Below are positions 43,771 to 56,697 of a stretch of DNA of 64,000 nt, in pieces (the stretch's first letter is position 1; each line of letters starts with the position of its first letter). Both the position numbers and the translations under genes were made by a program. This DNA is from the human T2T-CHM13v2.0 reference genome, Homo sapiens: NCBI RefSeq assembly GCF_009914755.1, contig NC_060932.1; one strand, given 5' to 3'. The notes under the pieces were generated by a model. That model was not told the origin of the DNA, did not search any database, and saw only the letters and a list, made by a program, of their open reading frames with translations.

Positions 43771-43868
43771 AGATAGATTAGATAGATGGGTGGATAGATA
43801 GGAAAGAGAGATAGGTAGATAGATGACAGATGACAGATAGATAGGTAGATAATAGATAAGGTAGATAA
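43771..43868. repeat. Degenerate (GATA)n tetranucleotide repeat
   Basis: agatagattagatagatggg...gatagataggtagataatagata. Confidence 0.85.
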
Positions 43869-44399
43869 TCACATGACACATAGAGTCACTGAATTTTATA
43901 ATAAAAAATATTAGAGCACAATCCCTTTGTTCCTTGATTACAGATCAGGAAATGAACCCAAAGGCTTATTTAGGAACCATGATCAGCAGCAACCTTGTCC
44001 AAAGCCACCTGTATGTTGAACTCCACTTCTGCCTTGTGTTTTAGGGGGCAATGGTAGCGTCATTTCCCCAGGAGCTTCCAGTCTGAAGAAAGAACAAGCA
44101 GACAAACATCCATTTCCATGCTCACTACAGAAAGATCGTTGTGTTCATTCATCTCGCTAACCCACTTGTTATTTTAATTTCTGTGATCTATAAATAGTAA
44201 GTCCAACAGTTCACATGCCTGAATCTGCTAAGTCTGAGCATGCCCTGTTTCTCAATATTAAGGATTTGAACAAAGCTCTTAATTTGTACTACTCTGGATT
44301 GCTGCTTGTCTTGCTGGCTGCTTTTTGTAGAATATCAAAAGAAAATAGATATCTAGGGGCCAGGAGAACCACAGTAACTCTTGCCAAGGCATTCACCTG

Positions 44400-44580
44400 T
44401 CCATCATGGTGGAGGTACAAAGTGTGTTTGGATTCCACTTCGCTCGCTGGGTTTATTAATGGTAACTCCTGCCTGACAAAGCGACAAGCACGGATTACGT
44501 CTTTGATGCTGCGTTGCGCTGCGGCTTTATGTGATTTGACATCTTTGCAAAATGCCTGTCTTGCCACAACGAAAAAAATG
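44400..44580. promoter_or_regulatory. Candidate conserved enhancer-like element (alternatively an unrecognised exon)
   Basis: About 9 CpGs in ~140 bp of non-repeat DNA, with clustered TTTATTAAT, TGACA, GGATTA, CTTTGAT and TTTATG motifs. Confidence 0.4.
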
Positions 44581-45879
44581 TCTGGTACAATTTGTGCAAG
44601 AACTTGATGCCTTAATACACTAGATGATTTAGACATTCTTTTAAAGTGTTTCTCTGCTTCATGGGAATGAAGAGCAATTTTCCTGAGACACCAGTGCTAA
44701 CCCAGCTCTCTTAACACCCGTCGGGCCAGAGGAGAAACCCTCCCATCCTCTGTGGAAGTCAAGTCGTCAGTATTGTCACAGTTGAATTGGACACATGTAG
44801 CGAAGAATCAGGCCTGGCAGCCTGGATGGGCAAGCTGAGAGGGGCCAGAGAGAGGACATGGAAATCTAATAGCAGCAGACAGGAGAGCTGCTACCCACAT
44901 TGGGATTTGCTCCCTGGAAAGCTTAAATTATAGTGATGTTGGCAACTGTCCACATAGCTGCTGCCTTTCATTATTTGCTTTCTGAAAACTTCAAAAGTCT
45001 CATCACCTTGTTTATGGTGAGGAGAGCCGAGAGACGCAGCAGGTCAATCACCTCTTGGCTTCCAAGATTCTATCAGTGCAGAGAAACAGCTTAAGAGAGA
45101 ACAACATTAAAACTTGTCACATGTATGGCATTTGACTCTAAGCAGGGAACAGCCTGCCCTGATTAGCTGGTGAGGAATCCGCAGATTCCATTGATGGTAG
45201 CACACTCTTGATACTCTTCAATTCCCAAATTTATTTGATTTTGAAATTTCTTCAACTCCCTTTGATAGTCCAGACTCTAGGAGTCTAGAGAAGGAAGTGA
45301 GTTGAGAACACACTTAGTCCAAAAGAGTATGACCTTATCAAAACAGAGACATTTTACAATGATCATTTCACTGCTGTCACTTCAGTGTTCAGAGGCCTCT
45401 GTTAAAGGAGAATGTGTGTGATGGAAATAGGCCTCCAAGGCATCTCTGCTGACTTCCTTCTCTGTAAGTGAGCCCTTCCACCTGCATGCAGAAGGGACCA
45501 ACATCTGGACCCCACAGGAGTGAGCAGCCTCAATGTTATGTGATTCCAAACCATCAGTAAAACACATGTAGATTTTATAGTCTCAACCAATTTGCAATTG
45601 ATCAGTTGACCCTGATCAATGATGAGATGTCTCTGTTCCTCCTCAGCCTCTGAGTGTATGAAATCTGATCTGAGACATGGCCTTTGGATAAAGTGATTTA
45701 ACAGTAATAAGACTTGTAAAATTTATTTAATTAATATGATAATGAGGGCAATCAGGGAATTAATGGGAAAGTTTAACTTTGGTTGATCTATATGGTGCAG
45801 TTATTGAAGCCTAAGTGCTCCCTAGTTGCATCTTTTCTTCCAGCCTTTCCATTCCATATCAGAAATAGGGGTTAAAAAA

Positions 45880-46290
45880 GTAATAGTCCCTACCACCTAT
45901 CAGCATTAACTGTGCTCAGAGCTACACTCAAAGCACCTTATTCAATCCTCGCATCACCTCTATGAGGTAGATGCTGTCACCATCTCATTGCACAGATGAG
46001 TCTAGGCCTCACAAGGGCTAAGTGCCCTGCCCACAATCCCACAGATCATATACATAAATATATACATGCAACTGCCAGAAAGGCCCGGGTCTGCCTGGCC
46101 CCGGAACCAAGGTCTTACCTACTTCCTGTTCTCCTGCCAAAGAAGCTTCATGTAGATGTCAGCATGTGTGTCAACAACCACTTGATCCCAGCTCCCTCTT
46201 TTGGGAGCTCTGTGATTTAGGGCAAATTATTTAATGCTTCTGAGCCTCATTTGCCCTAGCTATAAATTAGGAACAATAACACATGCCCAT
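45880..46290. mobile_element. Two MIR fragments in opposite orientation
   Basis: ttattcaatcctcgcatcacctctatgaggtag...cagatgag (minus strand); gatcccagctcc...tgtgatttagggcaaattatttaatgcttctgagcctcatttgcc (plus strand). Confidence 0.65.
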
Positions 46291-48278
46291 TGTTATAAAG
46301 GCCAATGTCTTTGGCCTTTTGGCCACAAATGTCTAATATGTTATCTGATGCATATGAATCACTCAGTGTCTACTATAGGAAAGAGTGAGAGAATGAATGA
46401 AAAAGTGAGACTCTAAGGCCTTTTACTTCTTTAGAGAGTCAGTACAGAAGGCAGGAAGACAGGGAATCATTATTAGCTAACATATTCAATAAGTACATTG
46501 TTGGAACTATCCAATACCTTATAGGGGTTCTTAGTAGAAAAGGATTCACATGTTTTTGTCCTTGTTACCCATGTCTAAATCCTGGAGCCAGGAAACCAGA
46601 AACATGGCCAAGGACAGCGATCCTTCTTTTTGCCTCTCCAGCCAGCAAACCCCATCATGGCTCATCAGAGGTTTCTGTGGAGTCCTAAGGTGGCTGCAGG
46701 ACTCCAAATGAACAATCTCAAAATCACAGGGAGCCTGGGGTGTCAGGGAGGCAGCCTCCCGACACAGGCCATGGCCAGAAAGAACTTGGGGCCAGCCTCG
46801 CATAGAGAGGACTTAGGTTTTTAAAATGCAGAGGAACAGAGGAAGAACATGTCGGGTGTGAAGCGGGGCTTTCGCACTGCTTCCCAGGAATCACCGCCCC
46901 ATGGAGGGAGGAGAAGGAACTCCAGGCATTTGATTATGGAGTTACAGTGGTCATTAAAGCAATTTTCAGTATCCCACTTGAGAATTACGGACTTAGAAGA
47001 GCTGCAGTGTCACCTACAGGGTCCCGCTGTCCACGCTGCCTCCGCCGGAGTGATGAACCTGTCTGTTGCACATTCACGGGCCTGATGAACTGAGAGGCAG
47101 CTCCATGCAGTGAGCAGAGCTGGCCCTCGGGTCAGATGCCCCGGGCTCAACATCGGCTCCACCGGCTCCACCGCACTCTTTTCCCCCTGACACCCGGGGA
47201 AGTCTCTGAGCCTCTCCAGGGTTCTTGTGAGGTCTAAGTAAGATCACATTTGTGGAGCACTGGGCACTAGAGGTGCTCACGGAAAAGACCGTTCCTAAGA
47301 AGGTCAAGCATTTCAAAGGCTGCTTTCTTCTTGTTAAATATTTCAGTTAAGCAGTCTCATTGAATTTTCTTCCATATGGGGATTTTTGCTTTTATTTTTG
47401 CTTTTACACTTTCAGAAGGGAGTATCATTGTGTCCATTCTTTCATGGGAGACAAAACATAAGCAAAGAAAGGCCTTAAAGAGACCATGAAACTAGGGCAA
47501 CGGATTTCATTTCATGAGGTATTTATTGCAAGTCCATGTGTCACTAACCTGAAGATGTGATCCTACTTTCAAAGGTATGCCCACCACTTTTCTTGTCAGT
47601 GAGTGAAGACAGGTGGAGCGACATCCCAGTGCTGTTCCAATGCCTGCCCACAAATGTATGTGTCCCTGCAGTAAGCCCCTATCACACAGGGGAAAAGCAG
47701 GCAATTAGTAAAAAAGGGATGAGAGGTTACAGAAGAGCCTTCAGGGAAGGTTAAACAGTTTTGAGTGCCAAGTATATACCACCAGCTCTTTTATCTCATT
47801 AATCCTCCTAACGACCCTTGGAAGTTGGTATGATCATCCTGATTTTTCTTCCAATAGGAATGTTGCCCAGAGTTTGCCCAAATTTACACTGCTAGGAAGT
47901 GGCAGACCTAGAACAAACAGGAAACAAAAGACAAAGCATGACTCAATCAAAAAAATGCTGGCTCAGAAGTTAGGAGTCCTGGCTTCACTACTCAATAATT
48001 CTGTATCATATCTCAAGATGTGGCCCAGGGAACCGCAGCAGGATGAGGAAGACTAGGTGTGGGACAGCCCCCCAGTGGGTGGTGCAGGCCCCAAAGGAAC
48101 AGACACAACCCAGAGGGGCTGGAAGTCCAGAGCGTCAGGCAGAAGGGCTTCCGGACTATGTGGACACAATGGTCCTGAAAAAGCCCTGAGGTCTCCTGGC
48201 AGGTGGCAAAGATTGGCAACCAGGCAATGAGCAACCCAAACTTGTAGGCTATTGGAAGGTAGCAGGGCCCCAGGCTCA

Positions 48279-48653
<375 letters not shown>

Positions 48654-50739
48654 CTAAGATGCTGGACATAGGACCATGAGGCACAGAAACAAGACAGACA
48701 CATGGTTGCCAAAGCTGTGAACCAATTCTCAGGCATAAAGCCAAAGCCATGTGTAAACCCTGTGTTGGAGAGGCGTTACAGGCCTGGCAGGCAGCAAGCA
48801 GGCACCTGCCTGCCCTAGCTCTACACTAGAGTTTCTTAAATCCCTCCCCTCTAAGGCACATTTCACCTGAGCGAGTGAGACCGAGCTTGTGGGTGGTGAG
48901 AAGAAACTTCAACTGTGGGAGCTGTGGGCTTTTATAAGGACATCCAGACATTTCTGACCCCAGGACTTTGGGTAAATTATTTAACCAGAGTGAGCTTCAG
49001 TCAGTAAATGAAGAGGCATAATGTGATGATTTCAGTGGCAGCTTGTTGTAAGAATCTGTAAGTGGTAAGACTCAACAAGCGTAGAGACTGAAATGGGATT
49101 TGCCTGCAGAGGTCAGTGGAACATGAAACAGTTTTTTTTTTTTTCTTTTTTGACACTGCCTAACCTACAGTGTTTAATTTTACGTGAACTCTTAACTTTG
49201 ATTTGCCTGTCCTAAAATTGGGGATAAAGGAATGAGTTCTTTAGGCATGCTAAAGTTTAAACTAAATATAGCACTCCTATGCTTAGATGGCATACATGGC
49301 ATAAACACTGAAAATAAAAATCTATGGCCCTAGGATCTCTTTTTAAAAAACCTATAGGAGAAAATAAATAGCTTCTGTTGAATTCCAACAGACAAAGAAC
49401 AGAGGGTAAGGAAATTCTGATTGCTGAGAAAGTGGAGAAAGCACAGCTGCAGAAGAAACTAAAACTTAAATACTTTTGCTGTAGCAGCCTTTCTGCCTTT
49501 AATCTCTTTAATTGACTGCTCCCAGCTACACAGAAGCACATCTTCATCTGTCTGAAATAAATTGTGAGAACAGTCTGACTGGAGCAGGGAGATGATGGAG
49601 AATTGCTGTATTTCTGTTTGCCATGGCTAGTTGATTCCTCTCTGTCATTTGCCTTTAAAAAAAAAAAAAGCCTTTTGAAATGGAAATGGTAAAAGTTCTC
49701 CCTCTTTCCTGAAGCCCTCTCCTCCCATTTCTTGACTCACCCCCCTTCTGGCTGCATCTCTCAGACAACACCCCATCCTCCACTGCTGCTCGCTGCCAGA
49801 AGGTACTCCAATCGGCCTCATCCTTGTCTCCTCCCTTCTCCACTGATTTCCGGGTCCATCCACTGGCTGTGATGGCTTTCCAAGCATGTCTGCATGCTTG
49901 GACTGCAGCCCTGATCTCTCCCTGGGCCATGAGCCCCTATTGGGCAGTCAAGGGTATTTCCATACAGGTGACCTGCAGGAGCCTCACACATGTACAAGAA
50001 CTAAGTCTATAATTGGGTTATAATCCTCAGCTCCAAAGCAGCTACCAGAGTCTCTCCTTCCCTGGGCTTCCACTGGACAGACGCTCCACCAGCCTCTCAG
50101 ACACCCAGGCTAGTAACCAGGGCCCTTTGTGGACTCACATTCATCCCCCTGTACATGCACACTGTCACCAGGCCTTGAAGCACCGTGCCTCTGCTCCCCA
50201 TCCGTCCCCATTTGCCCCTGCCTGCCTCTCCCCCGGGACCCTGATGGGCCTCCCTGCCCCAATCTCTCTTACCTAAATCCACCTCCTGACATCCAGGTTT
50301 CCTCCCTGTAACACAGGTGTCTCGTGACACTCTTCTCTAAAATTTAAAAGTAGTACCTGTGGTCTGCAGAATAAAATCCACCCACCTTTGTTTGGATTCA
50401 AACCCACTTTGCTACAAACTGTGTTCTAGGCTGTTCCCCACCCTGGGCTCCATAGAGTGCACACTGTGGGCATGCTGCTCCCCACCCTTCCCAAGACAGA
50501 TTGAGCCCCTCCAGACCCTCATGTCACTGTGCATTCTTCACTCGTGCCTCTGCCAGGAAGGCCTGCCATCTTCTCACACGCTCTGACTTACAACCAAATC
50601 TTTCTCCCTTGCACTTCTGCATCACATTGCCTTTACCCCTATTTAGTAATTATTTCACGTGGTCTTGTACTAACATTAGTTAGCACAAGGGGGCTGCAAG
50701 TTTCTTGAGTAGTGAATGGTGGTTTAGGAGGCAGCCCTG

Positions 50740-50990
50740 CAGAAGAACCCTGGGAACAAAGCCCAAGTCTACCACTAATGAGCCCTGCCTGGACTCTTGG
50801 GCAAGAGACCTCATCCCTGTCACCTCACTTTCCTGACCTGAGAGATGAGGATCATAACTGATTTGACCTCATCAAATTCTTGTGAGGATTGAATGTCCTC
50901 ATATTTGTATAGTGTGTAGCACAGAGCCTGGCACATTTACGTGCTCAGTGAGCGTGAGCTTTGATTTTTAAAAAATTATCATTGTTATTA
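50740..50990 (+). mobile_element. MIR
   Basis: cttgggcaag...cctcactttcctgacctgagagatgaggatcataac...tgtgaggattgaatg...agcacagagcctggcacat. Confidence 0.75.
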
Positions 50991-52763
50991 TTCCTCAACA
51001 GTCAACAAGCACTCAGTGAGTTTTCAAAATTGAATTCTTCCAAGAAAAGGTGGTCAAATCCAAGAACTCGAGTCACACGCAGAGAATCTAAGAATGATGT
51101 GAGGTTGGAATGTTTCTGCTGGCTCTTCAACTGACCACTTGCCTAACCCTGATTCCCAAAACACGTTGTGGAAAAGAGATGAGTGACCCAAGCCCATTGA
51201 CTCTGTGGGAATGAGGTCAGACTCGTAAAGGAGGCCAGCATTCTCCTCCCCTCCCCTGACAATCAGCGTCTGTCTTCCAGCTGAGTGCAGTGGAATTCGC
51301 GAGAGTGCCTTTGCCCTGTCACCAAGGTGGCGAAGTGGCCCAGGTGCAGTAATAATCACTCTCAGTGGGCGCCTGAGCCCCTCAGGCCCAGCACTGCCTG
51401 ACAGCGCTCTGCTGCAGCCACCCATGAAGGACAGTGACGAGAAATCCTGTCAGCTAAAGACAACTAAGTGCTTTCCTGAAAAAGAAAAGCATCCCTTAAA
51501 GATGCTCATCTGAGGAGATTCACATTTAGTCTACCCAAAATCATGTATGGAAACTATTCAAGGAAACATTATGCCACTTTTTAACCTCTTTATGGCAGTT
51601 GAAAATTTCATAGAGCACAGAATGGAAGTATTTCTCAGATCTGTGGCTGGCAGCAGGAAAGGGGCATCAGGGTGGACGCTGATTTCCATGGGGTCCTGGA
51701 GAGATCCCTGGACTGGTCACTGAGGGGAAGAAGAAAGGAGACAGGAGGGAGAGCTGGCTCGTTTGTGGACTGAGCCCAAAACCAACCGTTTACCAAGCCC
51801 CGGTGCTCATCCATGCACTGCGAAAATGTGAACTCATCTCTCTCTAAAGCTGCAGTGGGAGGGGACAACTCTGAGATTTCTAAAGCTCTTTTCAGCCACA
51901 AAGTTGTGATTCTATTAGCCATCATGCCAGTTCATAGCTCTAAATAAATAAAGGGGAAAATATGGCTTTGCTTATTTAAATTTTTTTTAAAGCCAAAATC
52001 CTTGAAGTGACAATGGCAGAGTCAAGGCTGACATCCAGGGTCCCAACTCCCAGTCCAGTATTCCTTTATTCCCAACATTTGCACCCGGCGCTGCGGTTTG
52101 CTTGATGCACACTGCCCCTTCCTTCAGTCTTACCAGGCCATGTGACTCCCATGAAACAGAAACATTTTCAAGCCCTCCAAAATTTATTCACAAAAGGATA
52201 TGTAAAACAATGGAAACAAAAAGTCCTTGAATACCTTCTTGCTAGTCAGCCTGATTCAAATAGGAGAATTTCAGCTCTGGCAGCATCAAGTGTGTTAAGA
52301 ACAGGAGAACACTCTGAGCTGCTCTCACGTTTCTGTTCCCACCATGTGTGTGCAATTCCCGAGGAGCCTCACTAAAGTTGGCTACACCAAATGATTTCCT
52401 GCCATTCCTGATGAACAATGGAGGGAGGAGAATCATTTGTCCTTTAAGCTGTCCTAGAAGGCTAAGAAGAAATTTCTGGAGCTGTCCAATATGGCTTTGA
52501 TGAGAAAGTAATTAAAGTCGCCAGCAGAACGATCCTCATGTTTAAGTCAGATAACAATGTCATTGACAGCAACGTTCTGCTCTGAAGGGCAGGGATGGAA
52601 GACAAATGAAACCAGATTTACCCTGAGTAGTTTTATTGACATCCTTCTTGTGTCCAGTTACTAATATTTAGTCCACAATTATGCATATATGACATTGTTT
52701 TACTGATTATTTCCTCCTTTTTGTGAGAAGAAATGAAGACAAAGAAATTAGTTGCTCTATTGA

Positions 52764-53183
<420 letters not shown>

Positions 53184-53984
53184 TAATATAACTAAACAAG
53201 TTTTTTAAATCTCTGGTTCTGTTTAAGTTCTTTAAAACTTGGTCTGATTTTTTCTTGATGTGTATAATAACCAGAGAGATGCATTTTGCCACTCAAGCGA
53301 TATTGATGTAGCTCAGGCTCACAGGTCTCACTTAATCCAATCAGTCTCACCGCTTTCCCCTCCTTCCTGTAGCAGTTATATTTTATGTGAGAGGTAACCA
53401 TAACAAAGTAGTAAGGAACAAGAGTATAAAAGTATAACTTCAAGTAAAACATTGCTTTGCTACTTATTAGTTAACAGTCTGTTAATTGCCAATGAAGACA
53501 ATCTCATTTTCTATAGACTTTCAAATGATATGTACCCATTGTTACATAAACTGTATTCTTTTGATAATCAAAATATAGAGATTTGCATTAATTTATGATC
53601 ACATGTTATAAAATTCCTTCATCATAAAGAAATAATGAAGCCATGTCATTTATTCAAGGTTTAACTGTGTCTTCTACAGTAAGAAAGAGAAACCTCAAGC
53701 AGAGATTATACTTGGAAGTCAGTTATTAATATGTTAAAAATGTGTGAATAATCAAGGGAAATGATTAGAATATTAAATAGAGGCCTTGTCTAACATCAAG
53801 TTGCCTAACTGTTCCTTGGTCTTCAAAGGCAACATTTATTCACATATTTACTAATCAGATATTTAGTCAGCTTTTGCTTCTTGCAAGGCGCATTCCTGGA
53901 ACCTACAGGAATTCAAAAAGTAATAGCATTGAGTTTCTGTTCTCCAAAAGTTTTATAGACTAGCAGAAGAAATGACGAGTGGCC

Positions 53985-54269
53985 TAAGAGAGAGCACCCA
54001 ATAAGATGGAAGCCACAGTTTGTTTCATATGTAATAGATTATGAATTGTATATATTAGATATATAGTATATAATATATGTAAGATATATAATCTATGTAG
54101 ATTATATATAGAGATCTCTATGTTGAGATTATATATAATATATATATAATCTCAGATGTACTATATTCTATTTAAGTCCAGCCCACAACTAAGGAAAGGA
54201 CATTTCACAAGTGCATAAAGACCAGGAAGTGGAGATCACTAGGGACCATTTAAGAGGCAGCTGACCACA
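53985..54269 (-). mobile_element. MaLR LTR (MLT1G/H-like) interrupted by an AT-rich tract
   Basis: aagatggaagccacagt...taagtccagcccaca...gatcactagggaccatttaagaggcagctgaccaca. Confidence 0.65.
54040..54170. repeat. AT-rich low-complexity tract containing three adjacent palindromes
   Basis: Perfect inverted repeats at 54084-54109, 54108-54121 and 54124-54154. Confidence 0.9.
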
Positions 54270-55227
54270 TATACGTTATTTTTCCTGTTTAAATGCTAAG
54301 ATTCACTGTTGTGCCTAGAGTGATCCATGCAATTTTCCGAGCCATCTTTAATGAAAAGTCTAATAAGGATGCTGGAAAGAGGACAAGAGTGCTGTGTGTC
54401 TCTTCCTCTGCCTTCTATCTATTATTAAGGAATAATAATTTTTCCTCCAGCATCTCAAAGTAGACGCCACATTTTCTACACATTCATTTAACTCACAAAG
54501 CTCCAGACCAGGCCTTTAATTTCTGTGCCATCAGAAAGTAATGTGGTATTGGAGTGCCTCCAGGACAGAGACCTAGGTGTGCAGGATAGCTGTACATATC
54601 TGTTCTTGTTTCTTGTTCAGAACATTTAGTCCTGTCAAAACAGGCAGAGTACATCTTACATCACTAACAATAGTCTGTGATCATGCAGAGGAAAGAAAAG
54701 AAATCTTAAAGACAGCTTGACAAAGTGATGTCAGACTATAGGTACTGCCTTTTCAAAGTCATGATTTTATCTGAGATTATTCAGATCAGAAATCAAGGGA
54801 GAGTTTTATCCTTCAGAATGTCTGATTACCCTGTTAGGTTCATATAAGGCAGGGAGGGCAAGGGCACCTCACTTGGACAGGGGAGGGTTAAGCTTAGACA
54901 TTGGCAGAGACTGGAAGAAAGAATATATTAATCCATCAGAAAAACCATGGCTGTAAAAAGTAATGATTATGTCAGAAGCTAAATACATAACAGCAAAGTT
55001 ATCTTCATGTAATGTAGGAAAAGATACAGATCCTTAGACCTCACCTCACATTCAGCAAGCGTTTATTGAGCTCCTGTTGTGGGCCGGGTGCTGAGTCTTT
55101 GGATAGAGAAAAAAAAATCTGAATGTATGTTAATGAACTATTGCTGCAGGAAACCCATGTCTCCTTTTGTATTTGCAAACGATTAAACTCCTTCGAAGCC
55201 ACTGTTACAGAAGAATTCCTGGTCTCC

Positions 55228-55396
55228 ATTATTTTTATTTTCTAATTTTCAAACAATTAAAACCTCATTAGAAAATTGTTTTAGGACAGGGTGATTATAG
55301 GGTGAAAAATACATAGATTATGCAGTCATAGAAACTAGATCATTGTCTTGCGAGTTAAAAACTGTAGACTTGGGCATAAGGCTTCAATTCATAGAG
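55228..55396 (+). repeat. Inverted duplication, left arm
   Basis: Reverse complement of 56362-56528, about 90% identical by manual alignment. Confidence 0.95.
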
Positions 55397-55689
55397 TTAT
55401 ACGAATTAAACAACACAACTCTTGACAGTCTTCTACTGCGGTGCCTGGCGTAAAGTAGCCTTATGGTATATGGATGCCCTCATTATTATTGATAATCATC
55501 ATGCTAATCAAAACAATGGTCACCTGGTGACTCAGAGGAACGGCAGAGTTGAAGCTACTGCAGTAGAAGCAATATGATTTTGTCTTTAGGAGTAAGTATA
55601 GCACTAAGCAATATGAGGTCATATTTTTCCACTCCCGCCATAATTTTTAAGTTTGTAATTAAAGACCTGGTCTGGAGCCCTGAAAGTTA

Positions 55690-55920
55690 AATGAATGCTT
55701 AGAACTAGGAGAACTCTCTAAAGGGAGGCACTGGAAGTGATTAAAGGGCTAAAAAATGGAGCAACGAGAAAAGTCCATAGGTAATAAAGCTACAGAGTAT
55801 GGAAAAGAGAAAGCTCTGAGGCTTCTAACTTGGGAAACGTAAGACTGGTTGTTCTTCATTTTATTTCGGTGATGTTATAGAAGAAACGTCTGGATTAGCA
55901 TAGAAAGTTTCAGGATCTTT
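55690..55920 (+). mobile_element. L3/CR1 LINE 3' relic
   Basis: aactaggagaactctctaaagggaggcactggaagtgattaaagggctaaaaaat...gaaaagagaaagctctgagg resembles the CR1/L3 ORF2 C-terminal region. Confidence 0.4.
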
Positions 55921-56361
55921 GCAAACATATTTAGGCCATGAGTCTAAATTACATGCTCACCATGTAATCTTACCCTACCAGTTCCATACCCTGTGTGAAC
56001 CATAGCTTCACAGTCTCATTCGCTGGAATAATAGTGACTGCAGGGTGCTCAAGGATCTGGCCAGATATTACTTGGCTGAGATCAGTTTTGCTGATAGAAA
56101 GTCAGTCGACATCAATATGCTAAGGTGATCGGAGGTGGATTGTTCTGGGCTGCAGGAAGAGCTTGACTCATTGCAGAAGGCCAGCCTGGCTGGAGGATCA
56201 CAAGCAGGGGGGTGAAAAGAAGAGGACGATGGCAGGGGACAGTGGCCAGGGCCCATCAGTCAGCTCATTTCCATCAATGGCGTTTAGCTATATTGTATCT
56301 AGCCAAAAGCTTCCAATCTGATTGTAGCCAGAAATGTATTTTACCTGATACCACAGCGATT

Positions 56362-56528
56362 CTCTATGAATTTAAGCCGTATGCCCAAGTCTACAGTTTT
56401 TAACTCACAAGACAATGATCTAGTTTCTATGACTGCATAATCTATGCATTTAATCCCATAATCACTCTGTTCTTAAAACAATTTTCTAATGAAGTTTTAA
56501 TTGTTTCAAAATTAGAAAATAAAATAAT
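56362..56528 (-). repeat. Inverted duplication, right arm
   Basis: Reverse complement of 55228-55396. Confidence 0.95.
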
Positions 56529-56529
56529 A

Positions 56530-56697
56530 TTCAAACCTGCTCTGAATATTAGAGTCCCCTGGGGCGGGGTTACATATCACATTGCCCAGACCACACCCAG
56601 ACCAATTATATCAGTACCTCTGAAGGTGGGAGCCAGGCATCAGAGGTGTTAAAGGTCCCCAGGTGATTTAATGAGCAGCGAAGGCTGAGAACCATTG
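56530..56697 (+). mobile_element. MER5A-like hAT-Charlie MITE
   Basis: attagagtcccctgggg...cccagaccaattatatcag..ctctg...ccaggcatcag...tccccaggtgatttaatgagcagcgaaggctgagaaccattg. Confidence 0.8.

Noticed and set aside
46305-46352. U2 snRNA-like text (ggccttttggc...atctgat)
   Set aside because: Only about 11-15 nt match contiguously, too short to call a U2 pseudogene.
56068-56256. 62-aa ORF inside the inverted-repeat spacer; the plus strand loosely resembles a LINE reverse-transcriptase segment (FAD...LQEELDSL)
   Set aside because: Short, with an in-frame stop on the plus strand, and the similarity is too weak to call without an HMM search.
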